From NCBI RefSeq assembly GCF_014280175.1, contig NZ_CP047931.1, forward strand, positions 360,001 through 392,000: 32,000 nucleotides of DNA. Reading direction: 5' to 3'. The position numbers were made by a program, and so were the translations under genes. Numbering within the stretch: position 1 is the first letter of the stretch; the number at the start of each line of letters is the position of its first letter. The notes below the pieces were generated by a model, which saw only the letters and a program-made list of their open reading frames with translations, searched no databases and was not told the origin of the DNA. Source of the stretch: Synechococcus sp. A15-28. Lineage in GTDB: Bacteria; Cyanobacteriota; Cyanobacteriia; PCC-6307; Cyanobiaceae. Below, one piece after another: positions 25,339 to 32,000 of this stretch.

Positions 25339-25608
25339 GTGACCGCAACCAACGCTGCCGTGACCCAATGGGTCTCCACCCAGGAGTGCGCTGACGCTCT
25401 TGGCATTCATCCACAAACGCTGCGAAAGCTCCGGCGTCATCGGATCCCGCTTTTCAAGGAAGGCCGCGACTACCGATGGGTTGGCCTCAGTACCAGCAGC
25501 ACCCTTCAGTGGCATGTCCACAGTGCGAGCCAGGCGTTCACCGATTTCCGTTTGATGCCTGCTGAGGCGGTTGAGACCTACAGCCGTGGGAGCAGAGCCC
25601 ATGCCTGA
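25339..25608 (+). CDS. Excisionase/AlpA-like HTH protein (Xis-like), paralog of 22849-23106
   Basis: See the alignment under 22849-23106. GTG start at 25339 or 25360. The antisense 157-aa ORF is rejected. Confidence 0.65.
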   Translation: MTATNAAVTQWVSTQECADALGIHPQTLRKLRRHRIPLFKEGRDYRWVGLSTSSTLQWHVHSASQAFTDFRLMPAEAVETYSRGSRAHA

Positions 25609-25891
25609 ACAACTCATGTCCGAGCTTGATGTGATCGAGTTGCCGGATGGCACCAGTCACAAGGTCAAAGGTGATGTCATCTCCGTTTTGATTCCGAGGA
25701 AGGATCGGAAGTGCTGGGTGGTACTTCATCTCCAAATCAGCAGAGACAACACGCTTCACTGCCACCTGCGTGGCGGCCACTGGGACTCAATGGCTCACAA
25801 CTGCGATCCAGACAGAACATTCGATCTGGATTTTTACAACGCACTTGAATCTGAAATCAGAGAAGACATGGAGGCCAGTGATGTCCGCTGA
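25601..25891 (+). CDS. Hypothetical protein
   Basis: ATG at 25601 overlaps the xis-like stop (ATGCCTGA); 96 aa. Confidence 0.45.
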   Translation: MPEQLMSELDVIELPDGTSHKVKGDVISVLIPRKDRKCWVVLHLQISRDNTLHCHLRGGHWDSMAHNCDPDRTFDLDFYNALESEIREDMEASDVR

Positions 25892-26099
25892 TCTCTACAC
25901 CCGCCCGCTTCGTGCTTCGGTGCGTGAGCTTCTACAGGAAGACAACATCGACATCGCTGAAGCTCTTTATTCCGACTGCGATTATCCAACAGCACTCAGC
26001 AATCTTGCTGAAGTTCGTGTAGCTGCGCAGAAGGTGGTATTTGAAGCTGATGCGTTGATGTGCGCAGTGCTTGTTAAGGCGATAGGAGAAGACGATTGA
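25881..26099 (+). CDS. Hypothetical acidic protein
   Basis: ATG at 25881 overlaps the previous stop by 11 nt; 72 aa. Confidence 0.45.
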   Translation: MSADLYTRPLRASVRELLQEDNIDIAEALYSDCDYPTALSNLAEVRVAAQKVVFEADALMCAVLVKAIGEDD

Positions 26100-26185
26100 A
26101 TCATCATATGGGCGGGTAATTCTCGCCCATTGTTGACACTTTTAGTTCATCTCTCAAAATGGACTCATAAGATAAATTGGATCTT

Positions 26186-26356
26186 ATGAAATTCAAGCCG
26201 CGTTGCAAGTATCCGCACATTGCTGCGACATACCTAAGCGATGAACTGCTCAATGAAGTCAACAAATTTTGCGTCGACAACGAATGCAGCAAATCAGAAG
26301 GAATTCGCCTCCTGATGCAGAACGGCCTTGCCGCAATGCTTCTGGACGAGGCATAA
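26186..26356 (+). CDS. Ribbon-helix-helix (CopG/Arc-like) DNA-binding protein
   Basis: 56-aa ORF not in the ORF track: MKFKPRCKYPHIAATYLSDELLNEVNKFCVDNECSKSEGIRLLMQNGLAAMLLDEA. It shows a beta-strand, helix, SKSEGIR, helix pattern. Confidence 0.55.
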   Translation: MKFKPRCKYPHIAATYLSDELLNEVNKFCVDNECSKSEGIRLLMQNGLAAMLLDEA

Positions 26357-26397
26357 AAAAACCACCGTGCCAGCGGTGGCTCAAAAATCAGGTTCCC

Positions 26398-26592
26398 ATG
26401 AAGTCTACTTTGAAAAGACCATCATTCCCAGATGACTGGGAACAGGAGCCAGCGTCTCCGTTGGTCCTTGATCAGGTACTGAGTCCCGAGTGGCAAGACC
26501 TTGCTTTGCTAATGGCCTGCAGGGAAATTGCCAAGATGAATCGGCTGACATTGGAAGAACAGCTTCATTGCTGGAGGCCTTTTGATGTCTAA
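26398..26592 (+). CDS. Hypothetical protein upstream of, and overlapping, the helicase start
   Basis: 64 aa starting at ATG 26398. Its stop overlaps the helicase ATG at 26585. Confidence 0.4.
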   Translation: MKSTLKRPSFPDDWEQEPASPLVLDQVLSPEWQDLALLMACREIAKMNRLTLEEQLHCWRPFDV

Positions 26593-28258
26593 ACCGGATG
26601 AGAACAAGGATGCCTGGGAACGACTAGTTGTTCTTAAGGAGTTGGATCGCGATTCAAGCTTTAAGCCAGGCTATGACTACAAGACAGATCTCAAGCTCGC
26701 ACTCAGAAAGCGTGATGAGCCCGTTACTACGGTCACGAATAGATCCGCAAAAAATACCAAGCCGCTGGTTCTTAGCACTGCAGAATATATTGAGGAATTA
26801 AGTAAGAAGGCCGACATAATCGTTGCCGACACCAGCATCCCAACGACACACCGGCTCATCCATCTCCGCAACGTAGCGACCGGCTTCCCAACGAGCTTTA
26901 AGGATGCGGAGTTACAGAGATTGCTTTGGGATGCAAGGCGTAGACTGGCTCCAGGTGCAAAGCCAATAGGCCAAGGCGGGAAATTATCAAGACGTCAAGC
27001 TCCCTGGTTGTGGGATGGCATCCTTATCAAATCAACGACCAACTTGGTTGTTGCATTACCAAAGGTCGGCAAAAGCCGTCTGATAAGCCAGGTTATTGGC
27101 AGGCTTGCCAAAGGTGAAGATGAGTTTCTTGGTCGCAAGCTCTTTGGTCCCTGCCCACCAGTCTTGATAGTTGGGACTGATCAACCAGAGCCAGATTGGG
27201 CAGAGTGTCTGGGTTTAGCCGGTCTTTTAGATGCCGATGGCGCAATGCACTCTTGCATCAAAGAGCTGTATCACACCGGTTGTCCTCTTCATTTAGATGA
27301 GGATGGTATTGACCGGATAACTGAGCTATGTCGGCAGTATCCAGGAATGCTTATCCTGGTTGATAGCTATGCAAAATGTACGAATAATTTGGGAATTGTG
27401 GAGTCAGATTCGCAATACGCTGGCCCGCTTATGGATTTGCAGGAAGCGACTGCGCCATATGGTGCGACCTTGGTCGTGATTCATCACAGCAACCGAAATT
27501 CAGCAGGCGGTCGTGCTTCGATGTCCTCTCGTGGAACAACTGCATTACCTGCAGCAGTTTCACAAACGATCAGCTTGACCTGGGCCAACGCAGATGATGC
27601 AAACCCGTTAGCTAAGCGTGATGGCCGCGTCAAACTCAACACCGAAGGACGTGGTGGCAAACCACAGGATCTTCTAATTGAGCAGATTGAGGACGGTCAC
27701 GACTGGCTCCTCCACGGAACTGGTGAGGAAATTGCAGTACAGAGTGCGCTTGAGAAGCTGATAGAGGCTTTGACAGATCGCCAATATGCTGCGCTTAGAG
27801 ATATGGCTCATCACTACAACGCCACTGGTTGTGGAATGGATGCTCGGCATCTTGCAGATGCCCTTGATCTGTCACCACACGGCAGAGTAAAGGCGCAAGA
27901 AGTACTGGATTCGCTCAACAGGAAGAAGTTAATTGAGCCTGCCGGCAACCGGCCTGCGTTGGGATCTGACGGTGGCAAACCTGCAAATCTCTATCGGCCA
28001 GTTGACGCAGTCCTTCCCTTGTTTGCATTATCAGCTTCTATACCTTTCAAACCTTCTATTGATAACGTAACGGTTACGAAAACAAAAGAAGGTATAGAGG
28101 ATATGAAAGGTGATTCTTTATACAAGGAAATGATGCTCACTTGTGAATGCTGTGGCAAGGAGTTTGCTGCCAACAAAAAAGGAACGGCCAAGAAATACTG
28201 TTCGGAGACCTGCAGGGTTCGTGCGTATCGCGATCGCAAATCTCGCAATGCTGCTTAG
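26585..28258 (+). CDS. RepA/AAA_25-like RecA-fold replicative helicase with C-terminal wHTH-like region and zinc ribbon
   Basis: Walker A LPKVGKS, Walker B MLILVDSY and VVIHHSNRN. C-terminal CECCGKEF...CSETCRVRAYRDRK. Confidence 0.85.
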   Translation: MSKPDENKDAWERLVVLKELDRDSSFKPGYDYKTDLKLALRKRDEPVTTVTNRSAKNTKPLVLSTAEYIEELSKKADIIVADTSIPTTHRLIHLRNVATGFPTSFKDAELQRLLWDARRRLAPGAKPIGQGGKLSRRQAPWLWDGILIKSTTNLVVALPKVGKSRLISQVIGRLAKGEDEFLGRKLFGPCPPVLIVGTDQPEPDWAECLGLAGLLDADGAMHSCIKELYHTGCPLHLDEDGIDRITELCRQYPGMLILVDSYAKCTNNLGIVESDSQYAGPLMDLQEATAPYGATLVVIHHSNRNSAGGRASMSSRGTTALPAAVSQTISLTWANADDANPLAKRDGRVKLNTEGRGGKPQDLLIEQIEDGHDWLLHGTGEEIAVQSALEKLIEALTDRQYAALRDMAHHYNATGCGMDARHLADALDLSPHGRVKAQEVLDSLNRKKLIEPAGNRPALGSDGGKPANLYRPVDAVLPLFALSASIPFKPSIDNVTVTKTKEGIEDMKGDSLYKEMMLTCECCGKEFAANKKGTAKKYCSETCRVRAYRDRKSRNAA

Positions 28259-28700
28259 ACCTGTGCAGCAAGCACCAGCGTCTTCGGGATGCGCCTCAGC
28301 CCACCGGCAACGTATGCCTCCCAGCAAGTGGCCGTGGCAGATCCGGTGCGCTGAAAGTTTTCTCAGCGAAAACTTCCACAAAGTCAACTTTACGAGAGAT
28401 ACCTCCTAGAGGGCAGGCCAAAGCACGAAACGGCCTGTGTGTACCTTCAACGATGAGATTTCCAAGCGATTGGGCATTGGTGATGTGGATCGTCATGGGT
28501 AAAACCTTATTTCCTTTGGTCTAAGCCTGCTCATTCGGAGGATGTCGTACCACATCTCACCAAACAAAAGTTTTCAGCCACATCAACGTAACGTGTAATT
28601 TTCCTCTAACGGCTTAGGTGATGTAAAACAGTCACGCCAAACAGCAATGTACGCTTTCCATTGCTACTAATCTACGGATATCCCGCGCCAGACTGACGTC

Positions 28701-28931
28701 ATGAAATTTCTCGTCTTGCCCTTCTCAATGCTGTTCATGGCAGAACCTGCGCTCTCTTCCAGCGACAAGCAAGTCTTCCTGTCAATGCAGAAGTTTGAGC
28801 AGGTGGCTGACAGGGCACATGCCTTCTGCGCGAGCGTTGACCTTGAGTTCTCTCAAAAGTTCTATGACTGCATGGACAAGAAGATGCATGGAATTTATAT
28901 CGACAGCAGCACGGTTAGATCACGTAATTAA
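28701..28931 (+). CDS. Small secreted protein
   Basis: 76 aa with signal peptide MKFLVLPFSMLFMAEPALS and Cys residues in the mature part. Confidence 0.5.
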   Translation: MKFLVLPFSMLFMAEPALSSSDKQVFLSMQKFEQVADRAHAFCASVDLEFSQKFYDCMDKKMHGIYIDSSTVRSRN

Positions 28932-29132
28932 GACGAATACGGGTCCTTCTTGTGTAGTACAGCGTAGGTTTCTTCAGATCGCCTTCATTATTTAGCGCCA
29001 GATAAGTTGGGCCTAAATTGCTTAGCACTATCTATTAGCGAAACTAATCAAATTAGTGGTCATTAGAAGGCGATAGCACGGTGGACTGGTCTGCACACTG
29101 TTCTCCCGTACGGCTTTCCAGTACTGCCTTAC

Positions 29133-29513
29133 CTACGCACTGCTCAGGACATCTTCGCGAAAAGCTTTTTGTCGTTCGACCACATCCTGACACCGGATTA
29201 CAGGAGTGAAGTCCATCTCAATGCCGAATTGAGGACGCCATGGCGCGAAGGCTTCAAAGATCTGAGCATCACTCTCTGCCTTAAACAAAATTGTTACTCG
29301 GCCTGCGCAAGGTGCGTGGACGCGGAACAACATTTCAAAGCCATCAAAGTTGTCTAGCTTCGCTATTTCTCCTGAATCCCACAGCTCACAGAAGCATTTG
29401 TAAGCAGCCAGTTGACCTTCAATCTCAGGAAAAACGCAATCCGCGAGATACATCTGCATGGGAAGTACGAAGAAGGAGTCAGCCATTTGATAGGCATCCC
29501 AAGGTTTTGCCAC
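29133..29513 (-). CDS. Hypothetical protein, possibly DUF3303-like
   Basis: 126 aa. The C-terminal pattern APWRPQFGIEMDFTPVIRCQDVVE resembles the DUF3303 tail, from recall only. Confidence 0.5.
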   Translation of the reverse strand: MAKPWDAYQMADSFFVLPMQMYLADCVFPEIEGQLAAYKCFCELWDSGEIAKLDNFDGFEMLFRVHAPCAGRVTILFKAESDAQIFEAFAPWRPQFGIEMDFTPVIRCQDVVERQKAFREDVLSSA

Positions 29514-29714
29514 TGTTCAGTTGATTAGATCGTGACAATGGAATGTCAGCGCCGGAACGGCTTATGCGAGTGGCTCCCACGGAAGTGAGCTTCAAATTGC
29601 CTGTGCAGCTGCGGCTACAACGACATCATGTGCCGACTATTGATGCGGGCTTACTCACATTGATGGAACAAACAGACCTGCTGAGCCATGACAGGGGGGT
29701 TAAGCATTAAAACC

Positions 29715-29843
29715 ATGGCTCGCTTACTTCAATTTGTTCAGAAGTCGAAGAAAGCTGATTTGGCAGCTTCAACTGCTGTCGTCTTTGCTTGCATCACAGC
29801 TCTCGCCCTATGGGGTGTTTCGAATGCTTATCCAGCACTTTGA
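29715..29843 (+). CDS. 42-aa single-TM peptide
   Basis: MARLLQFVQKSKKADLAASTAVVFACITALALWGVSNAYPAL. Not in the ORF track. Confidence 0.3.
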   Translation: MARLLQFVQKSKKADLAASTAVVFACITALALWGVSNAYPAL

Positions 29844-30051
29844 ATGACAAGCTGATCGAGGCTCACCTAAGGGTCTGAACGAAAGCTAGGACCATCGCTG
29901 CGGTGACTACAGTTTACTGTAAAACTGGCTGTTTTATAATACTCTTAAAAGCCAAGCTGTATGTATCCCAAATACGCGTTTTAGTGCCCAAACGTCAGCT
30001 TCCTATTCAGGCTGACCTGATCGTGAATCGCCTTCCACAAGATCTTATTAT

Positions 30052-30606
30052 TTAGAATGTGCAGAAGGGACTAGTCTGCATATCCCACAATGCATCAAGC
30101 CCGCAATCAAAGCTATTCTCGGGATCAAACAATCTAGAATAACTTTGCCCGCGATATCCATAGTTATAATCGCCATAGCTGGTACTAGAAGAATCAGATG
30201 ACGTAGATTCATCTGAACCTTGATATGATTCTCCTAAATCTCTATCACTGGAATTAGAAAATAGGAAGTCACTTGAATCAATATTTGACAAATTGCTAAG
30301 ACGAGCAATTACGCCACCTTTCTTTCCAAACCCTTTGCCAGCTCCATTGCGATTCCTATAGAGAAAACCCTTCTTTTGATCAAAAATTAAATCAACATCA
30401 TGTGTTGAATGAACCTTTCTTGCGTCTTTTCTGTTTTTAGCAAAGTGAATTGTTGTATCACCATCAAAGCTATAACTGATTAATTCAATTTTATTCGTAC
30501 CCTTCGAAAAGAGTGACAGATTATATTCTAAATATTTAGCTTTTTTGTTGCGACCTTGAAGAAAGATCTGGAAATTGTCGTCATTGTTGAGTGAAGGTTC
30601 TTTCAT
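30052..30606 (-). CDS. AT-rich hypothetical protein with an RTX/'bluetail'-like Gly-rich motif and Ser-rich tail
   Basis: Start at ATG 30606 (MKEPSLNND). DLIFDQKKGFLYRNRNGAGKGFGKKGGVIARLSNLSNIDSSDFLF resembles the C-terminal motif of cyanobacterial RTX-type surface proteins. This is the lowest-G+C stretch of the window. Confidence 0.55.
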   Translation of the reverse strand: MKEPSLNNDDNFQIFLQGRNKKAKYLEYNLSLFSKGTNKIELISYSFDGDTTIHFAKNRKDARKVHSTHDVDLIFDQKKGFLYRNRNGAGKGFGKKGGVIARLSNLSNIDSSDFLFSNSSDRDLGESYQGSDESTSSDSSSTSYGDYNYGYRGQSYSRLFDPENSFDCGLDALWDMQTSPFCTF

Positions 30607-30701
30607 GAGAATGCAATACCTAACATTATAATGGCTAAGTACCGTCAAAAATGTGGATCTAGAACGCAAGTCGTTCAGAGACGCGCCCGATACCGATACC
30701 G

Positions 30702-30893
30702 ATGCCGAACATCCTTGATCACGTCTCACTAGCACCAGTCCTTGAAGTAGACGCCTGGCCACGCTCAGCATCACGCAAGGAATGGTTCGCCATCACAAGG
30801 GGCATCATTCAAGACACCATCGCTGACATGAACCTCGATGCTGCTGCGGAAGCAGAAGTGATCGAAGCCTTCACTGGTGCAGAGCTGTTGTGA
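30702..30893 (+). CDS. Hypothetical acidic protein
   Basis: 63-aa ORF with an ATG start, divergent from the 30606 gene. Confidence 0.35.
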   Translation: MPNILDHVSLAPVLEVDAWPRSASRKEWFAITRGIIQDTIADMNLDAAAEAEVIEAFTGAELL

Positions 30894-30912
30894 ATGATCA
30901 GGAGCTGACTAA

Positions 30913-31014
30913 CTAATGGTCGTGCAGCAGCAGCTCAAGCTCTCCATAGAAGAGAGCCATAGCGCCAACGATGGCAACGCACAGGGTGGTGGTGAGAAGC
31001 AGTTCGTTGAGCAT
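30913..31014 (-). CDS. 33-aa single-TM peptide with strong Shine-Dalgarno
   Basis: MLNELLLTTTLCVAIVGAMALFYGELELLLHDH, preceded by AAGGAGGAAAAG-ATG. The antisense 112-aa ORF is low complexity. Confidence 0.4.
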   Translation of the reverse strand: MLNELLLTTTLCVAIVGAMALFYGELELLLHDH

Positions 31015-31334
31015 CTTTTCCTCCTTGTCGCTGTCCTTGGTCTAAGACAAATAGTCAGCAATTGTAGCTATTGTTACAAGTCAGAATGGAGTGAAAACCG
31101 GCCAGCAAGACCGATAGGCTCAAATCCGTCGCAGCGCAGTCAACCTCAGCGATTTGCACCCCTACAAGCGCCGGGTAACATCAGCCACCTGACCAGACAA
31201 ATGCTTCAAGCCGCACCAAAATCAACTGCGATCCTCCACCAATCTTTTACGTGATCTGAATAAACCGTCACGCCAAACAGCAAGGGCACTCAGAGGCTTG
31301 AGTAGTTTCGTCAGCACGATTGTGGATACAGGAA

Positions 31335-31442
31335 TCATTGATCGTCGCTCCACAACCTGGACGCGGCAAAACGCCAAGCGACGATTGAACTTGCAGAGGC
31401 ACCGAAAGCAAGAAATGCGATCAGCATCTGGGAAGTATTCAT
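31335..31442 (-). CDS. 35-aa single-TM peptide
   Basis: MNTSQMLIAFLAFGASASSIVAWRFAASRLWSDDQ. Not in the ORF track. Confidence 0.3.
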   Translation of the reverse strand: MNTSQMLIAFLAFGASASSIVAWRFAASRLWSDDQ

Positions 31443-31584
31443 GGGTAATCTGAAGATGAAGCTTTTTTAGCTACTCACTAACGACTGGCGCTGTTGTTAC
31501 AAACTAGGAGCAGCAACCACTGGTTACGAAACTCCCGTGTCATCACCACTAAGTAGCTGACCCAATAAATCTCTTCTTAACACC

Positions 31585-31965
31585 ATGGCAATCACTACAC
31601 GCCAACAACGCCAGCAACGTCGTAACGAGGCTCTACAGCTGATCAGCAGTGGTGTTCCACCAACTGATGCTGCGTCTCAGCTGACTGTGAAGTGGGGGTG
31701 CAGCAGGCGAACGAGTCTGCGTGACATAGAAATTGCGCAGAGTGACCTAGCGAACGCCTTGGACTCGGTTGAGCTTCAGCAGATGGTGGGTTGGCTAGCG
31801 ACGAAATATCAACGGCTAGCCGCGAAAGCCGAACGCGATGGTCAGCAAGCCTCAGCTGTTGGTGCGCTGAACGCGTTGCGAGCAATGGTTGTGCAACCGC
31901 AACTGGATGCGCAGTTTGCATCTCACTTCCGTGGCCGGTTTACGCACCATTCCTACCGGCGGTGA
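31585..31965 (+). CDS. HTH-containing protein, paralog of 18451-18810
   Basis: LQLISSGVPPTDAASQLTVKWGCSRRTSLRDIEIAQ followed by a helical A/Q-rich region. It has the same layout as the element-1 protein. Confidence 0.55.
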   Translation: MAITTRQQRQQRRNEALQLISSGVPPTDAASQLTVKWGCSRRTSLRDIEIAQSDLANALDSVELQQMVGWLATKYQRLAAKAERDGQQASAVGALNALRAMVVQPQLDAQFASHFRGRFTHHSYRR

Positions 31966-32000
31966 CATGGCAATGTTCGGGGCTTGCTCAATGCCCCATG

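Larger units (their letters stand above)
24925..32000. mobile_element. Integrative element 2 (partial; right end beyond the window)
   Basis: Starts at att copy 2 with its own arm repeats. Carries an Xis-like paralog, an RHH protein, a RepA-like helicase, low-G+C cargo and an HTH paralog. No integrase lies within the window on this side of the att copy. Confidence 0.55.

Noticed and set aside
25180-25653. 157-aa minus-strand ORF.
   Set aside because: It is antisense to the Xis-like gene, and that gene is supported by its paralog in element 1.
26104-26292. 62-aa minus-strand ORF.
   Set aside because: It overlaps the more protein-like + strand RHH ORF. Its composition is Ser/Leu-rich with no motif.
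26362-26379. Hairpin CCACCG-TGCCAG-CGGTGG right after the RHH gene, considered as its terminator.
   Set aside because: The T-tract is on the wrong side for the + strand (AAAAAAA precedes the hairpin). It would terminate leftward transcription, but no convincing minus-strand gene lies upstream of it, so its function is unresolved.
28259-28530. Overlapping ORFs after the helicase, including a 66-aa minus-strand ORF (MTIHITNAQSLGNLIVEG...) faintly reminiscent of Phd/YefM antitoxins.
   Set aside because: The similarity rests on a few residues only, there is no partner toxin ORF, and four mutually overlapping ORFs suggest non-coding or decayed sequence. An 8-bp-stem hairpin AAGTTTTC-TCAGC-GAAAACTT (28354-28374) is noted but lacks a U-tract.
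30607-30774. N-terminal 56-residue extension of the 240-aa ORF.
   Set aside because: The extension overlaps the divergent 30702 ORF and has a different (G+C-richer, Arg-rich) character. The internal ATG at 30606 starts the AT-rich body of the gene.
30916-31254. 112-aa + strand ORF.
   Set aside because: The translation is low complexity and poorly protein-like. The opposite strand has a 33-aa TM ORF with a strong Shine-Dalgarno in the same place.

Overview
The window looks like a high-G+C marine picocyanobacterial chromosome (Synechococcus-type), judged from psbX, hli, ycf66, ycf19 and a permuted tmRNA; this is inference, no database was searched. Positions 1-16,060 are ordinary, tightly packed core genes: HIT hydrolase, ABCD-type ABC transporter, HLIP, two tandem PD40-like lipoproteins, ycf66, psbX (missing from the ORF track), yggT/ycf19, accC, tRNA-Leu(GAG), an LpxB-related glycosyltransferase, msrB, a PRC-barrel protein, smc, a LigD_N-like protein, a YqjD/YqjE-like pair and a THUMP RNA methyltransferase. 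At about 15.8-16.1 kb lies a circularly permuted two-piece ssrA (tmRNA) gene, hidden under a spurious 449-aa ORF. From 16,064 to the window end G+C drops and becomes mosaic. Hand counts of single 60-nt lines gave about 63% in smc and 30-48% in the 30.1-30.3 kb gene. I read this as a genomic island inserted into the 3' end of the tmRNA coding piece, made of at least two tandem integrative elements. Element 1 (16,064-24,947) is bounded by a 22/23-identical direct repeat. It has a different tyrosine recombinase at each end, a PrimPol/VirE-type primase-helicase, an excisionase-like gene and low-G+C cargo of unknown function. Element 2 (24,925 to beyond 32,000) starts at an attP-like junction with three 12-bp arm repeats. 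It carries a paralogous excisionase-like gene, an RHH protein, a RepA/AAA_25-like helicase and more unknown cargo. The organisation resembles satellite-like integrative islands (PICI/P4/tycheposon-type). The most interesting unknowns are the cargo genes, the dual-integrase architecture and the use of a permuted tmRNA 3' end as the attachment site. All calls come from reading the sequence and recalled motifs, and RNA and element boundaries are approximate.
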